Source of the DNA: Candidatus Woesearchaeota archaeon
GTDB lineage: Archaea; Nanobdellota; Nanobdellia; Woesearchaeales; UBA11576
NCBI GenBank assembly: GCA_027083015.1
Contig: JALWQS010000136.1
Location: forward strand, 1-42,195
Direction: 5' to 3'
DNA: 42,195 nucleotides
Below the pieces are notes generated by a model. That model was not told where the DNA came from. It searched no databases and saw only the letters and a list, made by a program, of their open reading frames with translations. Below are positions 32,600 to 41,569 of the stretch, one piece after another (the stretch's first letter is position 1; every line of letters starts with the position of its first letter). Made by a program: the position numbers and the translations under genes.

Positions 32600-33667
32600 G
32601 TGATTTTTGTGAAGATTGTTGATTTTCAGAAGAACTCTGCAACTCTTGTTGTTGAGAACATGGATGATTTATGGTATCTTTCTGCTATTATTGATGCTGG
32701 CGATATTGTTGAGGGCAAGACTTTTCGTAAGATCAAGCTTGGTTCTTCTGATGATCGTTCCCAATCGGTTGTTAAGAGACCTGTTTACCTTAAGATTAGG
32801 GTAGAAAAGGTTGAGTTTCATAAGTATTCTGACATTCTTCGTGTTTCGGGCAAGGTTGTTGAGGGTAAAGATGATATTCCTAAGGATTCTTATCATACCT
32901 TTAATCTTGAAGTTAATACTAAGTTTACTCTTACTAAGCCTGAATGGCTTAGGTTTCATAAGCAGAAGCTTGAGGAGTCTGCTAAGGAGTCTCCTCCTTC
33001 CACTCTTATCTGCGTTTTTGATCGTGAAGAGGCTTATTTTGCTCTTATGAAGAAGTATGGTTTTGAGGTTGTTTCTGAGATCAAGGGTCAGGTTCCTAAA
33101 AAGGATCAGGACAGGTCTGTTACTAAGAATTTTTATGATGAGATTATTCATCAGCTTCAGGAGTATAAGGAACGTTATGACCTTAAGAGCATTGTTCTTG
33201 CTTCTCCTAGCTTTTGGAAAGAGGAACTTTTGAAGAATCTTAAGGATGCTGGTCTTAAGAAGATTCTTGTTCTTGCTTCTTGTTCTGGTGCTGATCGTTC
33301 GGCCATTAATGAGGTTATCAAACGCCCGGAGGTTCATTCTGCTTTGTCCAGGGATCGTGCTTCTCAGGAGATGGCTTTGGTTGACTCTCTTCTTTATGAG
33401 ATCTCTAAGGATGGTAAGGCGGTTTATGGTGTTGAAGAGACTAAAGCTGCAGCTGATGCGGGTGCGGTTCTTGATCTTCTTATTACTGATTCATTTATTC
33501 AGAAGTCTCGTCAGGATGATAAGTTTGGGCCTATTAATGATATTATGAGAGTTGCTGATAGGTCTGGTGCCCTTATTCATATTATCTCTGGCGAGCATGA
33601 TGGCGGTCGGAAGCTTGATGGTCTTGGAGGTATTGCGGCTCTTTTGAGGTATAAGCTTAATTTGTGA
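32600..33667 (+). CDS. pelA: protein pelota homolog (aPelota, mRNA surveillance / ribosome rescue)
   Basis: N-terminal LVVENMDDLWYLSAIIDAGDIVEG and overall eRF1-like three-domain length (355 aa). GTG start at 32600 or 32609. Confidence 0.9.
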   Translation: MIFVKIVDFQKNSATLVVENMDDLWYLSAIIDAGDIVEGKTFRKIKLGSSDDRSQSVVKRPVYLKIRVEKVEFHKYSDILRVSGKVVEGKDDIPKDSYHTFNLEVNTKFTLTKPEWLRFHKQKLEESAKESPPSTLICVFDREEAYFALMKKYGFEVVSEIKGQVPKKDQDRSVTKNFYDEIIHQLQEYKERYDLKSIVLASPSFWKEELLKNLKDAGLKKILVLASCSGADRSAINEVIKRPEVHSALSRDRASQEMALVDSLLYEISKDGKAVYGVEETKAAADAGAVLDLLITDSFIQKSRQDDKFGPINDIMRVADRSGALIHIISGEHDGGRKLDGLGGIAALLRYKLNL

Positions 33668-33726
33668 TTTTTGATGTGTGTTTTTTAGACTATTGTTATG
33701 TTGGTTGAAAATCATGGAGGGTTATT

Positions 33727-33990
33727 ATGAAACATTTTAAGGCTTTGATCGGGGATTTGATGTTTGATCTTGAAGAGGAGGGTGGTTGGAAGAAAAGGTT
33801 GTTTATTTTTCATAAGAAAAATCGTTGTCTTGTGGTTAATGTTGCTGATAAGCAGGAACATGTTACGAGACTTCCTAAGCGTCTTCCTTCTGTTAAGGAC
33901 TTGAAGAAAGGTAGGTATATCCTGTTCAGATGTAAAGGTAAAGATTTTGTTTATGGTACTGTTGAGGAGGTTTGGAAACGTATTGTTTGA
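33727..33990 (+). CDS. hypothetical small protein (87 aa)
   Basis: GGAGGG SD 4 nt upstream of the ATG. + strand codon style. No family recognised. Confidence 0.5.
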   Translation: MKHFKALIGDLMFDLEEEGGWKKRLFIFHKKNRCLVVNVADKQEHVTRLPKRLPSVKDLKKGRYILFRCKGKDFVYGTVEEVWKRIV

Positions 33991-34013
33991 GTTTCGTCTT
34001 TGGACTTATCAGT

Positions 34014-34025
34014 CTTTTTTATTTT
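34014..34025. terminator. oligo-T/A tract between convergent genes
   Basis: CTTTTTTATTTT lies between the stops at 33990 (+) and 34033 (-). Confidence 0.3.
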
Positions 34026-34032
34026 GTCAGTT

Positions 34033-35118
34033 TTATCTTGTTAGCACCTTTCTCACTTCTCTTACCATCATCAGCTCTTCGTTTGTTGGTATTACCATGA
34101 CTTTTATCTTGCTTTCTTTTTTTGATATGATTGTCGCGTTTTTCTTGTTTCGCTGTGTATCTATCTTTATTCCTAAGTAGTTGAAGTGGCTCATGACTCT
34201 TTCTCTTACGTAATGTGCGTGTTCTCCGACTCCTGCTGTCCACACTATTGCATCTGTGCCATCCATCGCTGCTATGTATGCTCCTATGTATTTCACTATC
34301 CTATAACAGTAGACTTCAAATGCTAGGTGGTATTGGTCTTTTTTGAACCTGTTCTTGTGTATGTCTCTCATGTCGTTTGTTCCGCATAATCCTAAGAGTC
34401 CTGATTTTTTGTTTAGCAGCTCGTCCATCTCTTTTGCATTAAGTTTTTCTTTTTTTTGTAGGTAGGTGATTATTGCTGGATCTATATCTCCGCTTCGTGT
34501 TCCCATCACCAACCCTTCCAGCGGTGTGAATCCCATCGTTGTATCGACGGATTTTCCTCTATTGATTGCGCAGATGCTTGCTCCGTTTCCTATGTGACAG
34601 GTTATCAGTTTTATCTCTTCTAACGGTTTTCCCAGTTCTTTTGCTGCTTCGTGTGCTACATATTTATGTGACGTTCCATGGAAGCCGTATCTTCTTATCT
34701 TGTGTTTCCTGGCTAGTTTTTTTGGTATTGCATAGGTGTGTGCTCTGTCAGGTATTGTCTGGTGGAATGCAGTGTCGAATATGGCTACCATCGGGACTCC
34801 AAAAAGTTTTTTGCATATCTTGATCCCTTTTACTTCTGGTACGTTATGTAGTGGCGCTAGTTCTGATATCTTGTCCAGTTCTTTTATTCTTGCTTCTGTC
34901 AATAATGTGCTTTCTGAATGCGTGCCTCCGTGTACTACCCTATGTCCTATTGCGTCTATCTTTATCTTTTTCTTTTCCAGCAGTTGGATTATCTTTTTTA
35001 TCCCTTTTGTGAAGTCTTTTACTCTTTCTTGTAATCCTCGCAGTATTCTTTTTTCTTCTCTGTAGACGTCGTATTTTATTGAGCTTGATCCTATGTTCAG
35101 TATGAGTATTGTTTTCAT
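34033..35118 (-). CDS. ackA: acetate kinase
   Basis: ILNIGSSSIKY, GHRVVHGG, LAPLHN, FDTAFHQT, YGFHGTSH, CHIGNGASI and GTRSGDIDP are the canonical Ack/ASKHA blocks, in order. Confidence 0.9.
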   Translation of the reverse strand: MKTILILNIGSSSIKYDVYREEKRILRGLQERVKDFTKGIKKIIQLLEKKKIKIDAIGHRVVHGGTHSESTLLTEARIKELDKISELAPLHNVPEVKGIKICKKLFGVPMVAIFDTAFHQTIPDRAHTYAIPKKLARKHKIRRYGFHGTSHKYVAHEAAKELGKPLEEIKLITCHIGNGASICAINRGKSVDTTMGFTPLEGLVMGTRSGDIDPAIITYLQKKEKLNAKEMDELLNKKSGLLGLCGTNDMRDIHKNRFKKDQYHLAFEVYCYRIVKYIGAYIAAMDGTDAIVWTAGVGEHAHYVRERVMSHFNYLGIKIDTQRNKKNATIISKKESKIKVMVIPTNEELMMVREVRKVLTR

Positions 35119-35133
35119 CTTTTCCCTCCTTTT

Positions 35134-35290
35134 GATTGTTCGGATTGAATGTTTTGATTGGATTGATTGTATTGGTTGGCTGTTTTGGAAGATTGTTTAT
35201 GATAAACTATTTAAATCCTGCTTTCTCTGGCTCTTGCTCAGTGATTGCTTGGTTCGGATTACTTGACTTACATTGGTTGATCCCGGATTG
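35134..35290. promoter_or_regulatory. GATTG-rich divergent control region between ackA and acs
   Basis: Eight top-strand GATTG copies (35134, 35143, 35156, 35161, 35165, 35191, 35243, 35286). TTCGGATT occurs twice (35139-35146 and 35253-35260). A TATTTAAAT box lies at about 35209-35217. Confidence 0.3.
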
Positions 35291-35349
35291 TTTGATCAGA
35301 ATTATTGTTTTTCGATCATATGCAATATTATGTTTTTGAGGTGAGTTTT

Positions 35350-37104
35350 ATGGAAGATGGTGTGGAAGAGAAGACGGAAGATAAGATTATTGTCAAGGAT
35401 GTTTCTAAGCTTAAGAAAGAGCCTAATATGAAGGATTATGATGAAGCTTGTGCTTCTTTCTCTGAAGATACTTATAAGAAGGAGATTGAATTTTTTGATG
35501 ATGGCACTCTTAATGCTGCTTATAATGCTGTTGATCGTCATCTTAAGACTCCTTTGAAGGATAAGACCGCTCTTGTTTGGATCGGTGATGATAGCGAGAA
35601 GACTTTTACTTATAAGGAACTGGCTGAAGAGTCTAACAGGTTTGCTAATGTTTTGGCTAAGCATGGTGTTCAGCGTGGTGAACGGGTCTTTCTTTTTCTT
35701 CCCAGGGTTCCTGAGTTATATATCTCTTTTCTTGGTGGTATGAAGTTTGGTGCTGTCGTCGGTACTTTGTTTGCTGCTTTTGGTCCTTCTGCGATTCTTG
35801 ATCGTGTCGGTAATGCTGAAGCTTCGGTTCTTGTCACTAGTCCTGAGCTTAAGCCTCGTATTGATGAGATCCGTGATCAGATGCCTGCTCTTAAGCACAT
35901 AATCGTGACTGGTGATTATGAGCCGGGTGATGGCGAGTTAAGTTTTGATAAGGAGATGGCTTCTGTAGGTCCTGATTTTGATATTGTCCATATGCCTCCT
36001 AAGGAACGGGCTTATATGCTTTACACTTCAGGTACTACTGGTAAGCCTAAGGGCGTTATTCATTCTCATTATGATATTCTTCATCAGCATCTGACTGCTA
36101 AGTGGATTCTTGATCTTCATGAGGATGATGTTTATTGGTGTACTGCTGATCCTGGCTGGGTGACTGGTATCGCTTATGGAATTCTTGGCCCTTGGTCTAA
36201 TGGTGTCACTAGTATTGTTGATGGTCGTCGTTTTGATCCTGAGAATTGGTATAAGGTCATCCATGATCATAAGGTTTCTGTCTGGTATACTGCTCCTACT
36301 GCTATCCGTATGATGATGCGTGAAGGTCCTGAGCTTGCTAAGAAGTATGACCTTTCTTCTCTTAGGTTTTTGGCTTCTGTTGGTGAGCCTTTGAATCCTG
36401 AGGCTGTTTGGTGGTCTCTTGAGAATATTGGTCTTCCGTTCCATGATAATTTTTGGCAGACTGAGACTGGCGGTATCTTGATCGCTAATTATGCTTCTAT
36501 GGATATTAAGCCTGGTTCTATGGGTAAGCCTTTCCCGGGTATAACTGCTGCTATCGTGGATAAGGATGGTAATGAGAAGCCTGTCGGTAAAGCGGGCGAT
36601 TTAGCTATCAGGCCGGGTTGGCCTTCTTTGATGATTGAGATCTGGAAGAATAAGGAGAAATTTGATGAATATTTCCGTAATGGTTGGTACATCACTGGTG
36701 ATAAGGCTCGTGTTGATGAGGATGGTTATTTTTGGTTTATCGGCAGGGCTGATGATGTCATCAATACTTCTGGTCATCGTGTCGGTCCTTTTGAGATAGA
36801 GTCTGCTTTGATTGAGCATCCTGCTGTTGCTGAAGCTGGTGTTATCGGTAAGCCTGATGAGCTTCGTGGTGAGATCATTAAGGCATTCATCACTCTTCAG
36901 AAAGGTTATGATCCTTCTGATGATCTTATGGAAGATATAAAGAAGTTCATTAAAAAACGTCTTGCAGGTCATGCTTATCCTAAGGAGATTGAGGTTCGTG
37001 ATTCTTTGCCTAAGACCCGTTCTGGTAAGATCATGCGTCGTGTCCTTAAGGCGCAGGAGCTTGGTGAGGATATTGGTGATACTTCTACGCTTGAAGATGA
37101 TTGA
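35350..37104 (+). CDS. acs: acetyl-CoA synthetase, AMP-forming (AcsA-type acyl-adenylate enzyme)
   Basis: GAGGTGA SD before ATG 35350; the track start at 35305 has no SD. Motifs YTSGTTGKPKGV, WQTETGG and GRADDVINTSGHRVGPFEIESAL, with a C-terminal PKTRSGKIMRR. Confidence 0.85.
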   Translation: MEDGVEEKTEDKIIVKDVSKLKKEPNMKDYDEACASFSEDTYKKEIEFFDDGTLNAAYNAVDRHLKTPLKDKTALVWIGDDSEKTFTYKELAEESNRFANVLAKHGVQRGERVFLFLPRVPELYISFLGGMKFGAVVGTLFAAFGPSAILDRVGNAEASVLVTSPELKPRIDEIRDQMPALKHIIVTGDYEPGDGELSFDKEMASVGPDFDIVHMPPKERAYMLYTSGTTGKPKGVIHSHYDILHQHLTAKWILDLHEDDVYWCTADPGWVTGIAYGILGPWSNGVTSIVDGRRFDPENWYKVIHDHKVSVWYTAPTAIRMMMREGPELAKKYDLSSLRFLASVGEPLNPEAVWWSLENIGLPFHDNFWQTETGGILIANYASMDIKPGSMGKPFPGITAAIVDKDGNEKPVGKAGDLAIRPGWPSLMIEIWKNKEKFDEYFRNGWYITGDKARVDEDGYFWFIGRADDVINTSGHRVGPFEIESALIEHPAVAEAGVIGKPDELRGEIIKAFITLQKGYDPSDDLMEDIKKFIKKRLAGHAYPKEIEVRDSLPKTRSGKIMRRVLKAQELGEDIGDTSTLEDD

Positions 37105-37165
37105 TGATGTGAACGATTAAGGTTTTTCTTGTATTGTTTTTATTATTTTTTGATGGTTTCCTGGT

Positions 37166-38200
37166 TTAGTTCTGGTTTTCTTTTTGTTGTTTCTCTTGAT
37201 GTTGCGCTTCTATCACTGTAAAGGCCGTTATGTGAACTATCTCTTCTGCTTTACATCCTCTGCTCAGATCATTTACTGGTTTATTCAATCCTTGCAGTAT
37301 CGGCCCTATTGCTTCTGCACTTCCGAAATAGGTGGCTAGTTTGTAGCCTATGTTTGCTGCTTGTAGGTCTGGGAATATTAGTATGTTTGCGTCTCCTTGT
37401 ATCTTTGCTTGTGGACATTTTATCTTTGCCACCCAGGGTTCTACTGCTGCATCTAGTTGCATCTCTCCGTCTATCACTAAGTGTGGCATCTCTTCTTTTG
37501 CTCTTTCTATGACGATATCTGTCGCTTCTATCATCTTCTTTGCTAATGGGTGGTGTGCGCTTCCTTTTGTCGAGAATGAGAGCATTGCCACTCTGGGTGT
37601 TATTCCGAATCGTTCTGCTGTCTTTGCTGTATCTAAGGCGATTCCTGCAAGGTCTTTTGCGTCTGGTTCTATTGTCACTGCTGCATCTGCGAATAGCATT
37701 ATCTCGTCTTTGTATTTTATGAAGAACACTCCTGATACCTTGTGGAATCGTTCATGAGTTTTTATTATCTGTAATGCTGGCAGTATTGTATGTGCTGTGC
37801 TGTGTATGGCTCCTGATACTAGCCCATCAGCGTCTCCTTTGTGTACCATCATTGTTCCGTAATAGATGGGTTCTTGCATGTATTCTTTTGCTTGTTCTGG
37901 TGTTAATCCTTTGTCTTTCCTTAGTTCTACAAATTCTTTTACGTAGCTGTCCAAGTAATTTTTGTTTTCTTCACAGGTATGGTTGACTATCTGTACTTGT
38001 TCGTGGTTTATTGTCAGTCCTAGTTCTTCTATGCGCTTCCACAGGTCTTCTGGTTTTCCGATAAGTATTGGTTTTGCTATTCCTTCTTGTAGGATCTTTT
38101 CCACGGCTTTTAGTGTTCTTTCTTCTGTGGATTCCGGAAATACTATTCTTTTAGGATCTGCTTTTGCTTGTTCCTTTACTTTTTCTAGAAAATCTTTCAT
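37166..38200 (-). CDS. pta: phosphate acetyltransferase
   Basis: PTA_PTB family blocks RIVFPES, YYGTMMVHKGDADGLVSGAIHSTA, FADAAV and ANILIFPDLQAANIGYK. Confidence 0.9.
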   Translation of the reverse strand: MKDFLEKVKEQAKADPKRIVFPESTEERTLKAVEKILQEGIAKPILIGKPEDLWKRIEELGLTINHEQVQIVNHTCEENKNYLDSYVKEFVELRKDKGLTPEQAKEYMQEPIYYGTMMVHKGDADGLVSGAIHSTAHTILPALQIIKTHERFHKVSGVFFIKYKDEIMLFADAAVTIEPDAKDLAGIALDTAKTAERFGITPRVAMLSFSTKGSAHHPLAKKMIEATDIVIERAKEEMPHLVIDGEMQLDAAVEPWVAKIKCPQAKIQGDANILIFPDLQAANIGYKLATYFGSAEAIGPILQGLNKPVNDLSRGCKAEEIVHITAFTVIEAQHQEKQQKENQN

Positions 38201-38267
38201 TTTTTTGCCTCTTTTTTTATGTTTTTAAATCTTTATTTGTTCTGGGCGTTTCATCGCCTGTCAATTT

Positions 38268-40295
38268 TTACGCTGCTTGTCTTTCGTACCGTCGTGCTTT
38301 TGTCTCGAATCTTCTTGCTTTTTGTTCAAGAGCTAATGTTTCTTCTGCTTCTTTTTTGAGTTCTTCTGCTTGTTTGATCTCTGTTCTTATCGTCACTCTA
38401 CACGCTTCGTTGAGTGTCAAGCCTACTTCTAACTTAATATTTTTTAGTCTTTTACTGTTTTCTTGTAATAGTTCTCTGTGCCTGACCGCGTATCTGTATG
38501 CTTCCTCCAGGTGCTTATATCCGCTTGCTATGAAGCGGACCATGAATTTTCCTTTTCTGTATGCTCTTCTTGTTATTTGTTCTTCCAGTTCTTCTGTTTT
38601 TAGTATCCTTGCCATCTTATTTTTTGATTTTTTGTTTTGGTCTACTGCTTCTGCCATCTGCGTCAGTTCTTCAAAGGCTCTTGATAGGTATAGGTACATC
38701 TTGTTCAGGTATTCTGCTGTTTTTGAAAGGTATGATAGTTCTTTGGCTACTTGCGCCATATCTTTTATCATTGGTTCTAGTTCGTTGAGAGTGTACATGT
38801 AGGCTATGTCTTGTAGTTCCCATAGCTTTTCAAACATTGCAACTGTTGAGCTTGTAATTGCGGATAGTGCTTGATCTGGTATCTCTTCTGCTTCTTCCTT
38901 GAAAAGGTGTGCATATTTATTGTACTCTTCTTTCAGACTCTTTGCTGCTTTGTCGAATTCTTTTTGGAATTTTTGTAGTTTTTTTTCGTGCTGTGCTGCT
39001 TCTTCTTCTATCTTATCGACTTGCGCGAGATCCTCATCTTCTCTCATGTTTATCTTCATGAGCCGTTGTATTATCGCTTTTGTGTATCCATCTATCTGTT
39101 TTAGTTTTTGGTGTGCTTGTTTTAGGTCATCATCTCTTTTTTCTAATAATCTTATTCTCTCGCGTGCGTCTGGTGATCCTGAGTTTTCTGCTTGCTTTCT
39201 TGCCGCGTCCAGCCCTTTTGTGTTCCTTTCTATCTCTTTTTCTATGGCTTTTATCATCTTATCGATGCCTTTCTTGATCTCTTTATAGTAGGATTTGCTT
39301 TCGTGAAGTTCTCTTATCTCTATTGCTGCTTTTTGTATTACTTCTGCGCATGTTCCGAATATCTTGTTTGCGTGTTCTTTGAGAGTTTCATCTGCTAGTT
39401 TGTCTTCTACCAGTCGGTTTGAGTCTTTCAAAACCTCTTTTGATGCTGAGAGTATGATCTTTTGTTTGTCAGTATCTATTATGTGTGGCAGATTTCCTGA
39501 TTTTGCTAATTGTTTCTTTAGTTGTTCCGTGGCTTCGCGTATTCTTGCGATCAGTTCTGAATCTTTTTCTTCTATTTCTGTTTCTTTCTTCTCCAGGATA
39601 TCTGCTGTTTCCGAGAGTTTTTTTCCTGCTGCCGCAATTTCTACTTCATGCTCTTCTTCTTCCAGGTTTCTGGCTTCTCTTTCTGCAAACCGGTCTTTTA
39701 TCAATCCTGCTTCTCTTAGGATCTTGTCTTTTGACCAGTCATAACTTCTGTCAGCTATTCGTTTCATCCCTTTTATGATCTTTCTTTCTTTTCTTGCTGG
39801 AACTCCTTCTTCTTTCTCTATCTTTGCTGCTTCTTTTGTCCCGTATGTTCGCTCTTTGCTTCTTTTGAGTGCTGCTTTTCCTAATGCTGTTGTGATTGCT
39901 ATGAATCCTAATAGCACGTAGACATTTACAGAGAGCAGGTATCCTAAGAATAGCATTGGTATTAACATCATGACAACGCCTTTCATCTCCCCTTCCCTGA
40001 TTTTTCTCAATAGCATAACTCCTAAATATATCAGCAAGATCATTGATAGGAGTCTTATGTTGAATCCGAATATCATTGAAAGTGTAAAGACCAACATCAC
40101 TACAGGCCCGCCTATCTTTTTTCCTTCTTCTTTTCCTTTTCTAAGTTCGTTGAATATTATGAATACTAGAACTATTGATAAGAAACTGAATATTCCTCTT
40201 AAGCCCAGGGAGCTTGGTGTTTTTCCCAGAAGGTCTAGGACTCTTTGTCTTCCTGTATTAAAGACTGCATCGGCATATGAGATGGTTATTGCCAT
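38268..40295 (-). CDS. polytopic membrane anchor + about 500-aa cytoplasmic coiled-coil protein, hypothetical
   Basis: Four hydrophobic helices in the first about 150 aa, then continuous heptad-like charged sequence (E/K/R/L/A rich) to the C-terminus. No family recognised. Confidence 0.7.
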   Translation of the reverse strand: MAITISYADAVFNTGRQRVLDLLGKTPSSLGLRGIFSFLSIVLVFIIFNELRKGKEEGKKIGGPVVMLVFTLSMIFGFNIRLLSMILLIYLGVMLLRKIREGEMKGVVMMLIPMLFLGYLLSVNVYVLLGFIAITTALGKAALKRSKERTYGTKEAAKIEKEEGVPARKERKIIKGMKRIADRSYDWSKDKILREAGLIKDRFAEREARNLEEEEHEVEIAAAGKKLSETADILEKKETEIEEKDSELIARIREATEQLKKQLAKSGNLPHIIDTDKQKIILSASKEVLKDSNRLVEDKLADETLKEHANKIFGTCAEVIQKAAIEIRELHESKSYYKEIKKGIDKMIKAIEKEIERNTKGLDAARKQAENSGSPDARERIRLLEKRDDDLKQAHQKLKQIDGYTKAIIQRLMKINMREDEDLAQVDKIEEEAAQHEKKLQKFQKEFDKAAKSLKEEYNKYAHLFKEEAEEIPDQALSAITSSTVAMFEKLWELQDIAYMYTLNELEPMIKDMAQVAKELSYLSKTAEYLNKMYLYLSRAFEELTQMAEAVDQNKKSKNKMARILKTEELEEQITRRAYRKGKFMVRFIASGYKHLEEAYRYAVRHRELLQENSKRLKNIKLEVGLTLNEACRVTIRTEIKQAEELKKEAEETLALEQKARRFETKARRYERQAA

Positions 40296-40564
40296 GTTGT
40301 TCCTCTTTTTGTTAAAAGATATGTTGTTCTCTTATAATTTTTTTTGATAGTTGCCTTTTTTCTTTATATTATTTTGCTATGTATTTTTCTTATGGTGATC
40401 ACCACCTTATTTTTATAAAATTTATAAGGTATTTTCTTATTTTTCTTGTCTCCTGGTAAAAAGTTTTTTAAGTCATTATTTGTGCTTATACTTAGGGAGT
40501 GAAAAAACGTAACATATATTAAGTAGTAGTATTAAGTTAACCTATCTTAGTGATAAATAATAAC

Positions 40565-40613
40565 AAAAACTTTGATGGTTGCTTTCAAGGCTTGATAGGC
40601 AGTCAAAGTTTTT
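40565..40613. promoter_or_regulatory. 11-bp perfect inverted repeat upstream of the TrmB-family gene
   Basis: AAAAACTTTGA (40565-40575) and TCAAAGTTTTT (40603-40613) are separated by 27 nt and end 31 nt before ATG 40645. Confidence 0.4.
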
Positions 40614-40644
40614 GAAGACATCAAAAAAGGGGGAGGTCATAAAT

Positions 40645-41454
40645 ATGATTGTAAAAGAAGAATTTCTAAACAAACTAAGACGTTATTTCTCATTAAACCT
40701 TTACGAGGTTAAGATTTGGACTGCTTTGCTTTCTCGTGGTGTTTCTACTGCTGGTGAATTATCTGATATTGCTAATGTTCCTCGGTCTCGTTCCTATGAT
40801 GTTCTTGAAAGTCTTGAAAAGAAAGGTTTTGCTGTCACTAAGCTTGGTAAACCTATCAAGTATATTGCGGTTCCTCCGGAAGAGGTTCTTGAGCGTGTGA
40901 AAAAACATATGAATGAGCAGGCTCTTGAGAAGGTTAAGAGGCTTGATGAGCTTAAGGGTACTGAAATTCTTGATGAGTTGTCTGCGCTTCATTCTCAGGG
41001 TATTGACCTGATTGAACCTTCCGATCTTTCTGGTTCTTTGAAAGGCCGTCACAATCTTTATAATCATCTTGAGATGATGTTGAAGAATGCTAAGCATTCT
41101 GTTGCTATACATACGACTACTCAGGGTTTTTTGAGGAAGGCTGAGGGTCTTAAGCCGGTGCTTGAGAAGCTTAAGAAGCGCGGTGTTAAAGTCAGGATTG
41201 CTGCTCCTTTGACTAAGGATTGTAGTAAAGCTGTTAAGGAGCTTTCCGGTTTGGCTGAGATCAGGAATTCTTCTTCTAAAGCCCGGTTTACTATTGTTGA
41301 TAAGAATGAGCTTGTCTTTATGATGATGGATGATAGTGAGGTTCACCCGACCTATGATGTTGGTGTTTGGGTTAATACGCCTTTCTTTTCCAATGCTTTG
41401 GAATCTATGTTTGATTTGGCTTGGAAGAATATGAAGCCTCCCGGAAGATTATAG
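40645..41454 (+). CDS. TrmB-family transcriptional regulator
   Basis: GGGGGAGG SD before ATG 40645. N-terminal LNLYEVKIWTALLSRGVSTAGELSDIANVPRSRSYDVLESLEKKGF is the TrmB wHTH signature. The C-terminal about 150 aa form an effector-type domain. Confidence 0.8.
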   Translation: MIVKEEFLNKLRRYFSLNLYEVKIWTALLSRGVSTAGELSDIANVPRSRSYDVLESLEKKGFAVTKLGKPIKYIAVPPEEVLERVKKHMNEQALEKVKRLDELKGTEILDELSALHSQGIDLIEPSDLSGSLKGRHNLYNHLEMMLKNAKHSVAIHTTTQGFLRKAEGLKPVLEKLKKRGVKVRIAAPLTKDCSKAVKELSGLAEIRNSSSKARFTIVDKNELVFMMMDDSEVHPTYDVGVWVNTPFFSNALESMFDLAWKNMKPPGRL

Positions 41455-41569
41455 ATTCAGCATATAGGTTTACTACTAGTCTTATTTTTTGATTGTTTTT
41501 GTTCTTCTTTCTTAACTTCACGATAATTTTTCAATAACTTTTTTAAACAGTGCTGAATTCTCGTTTTCC

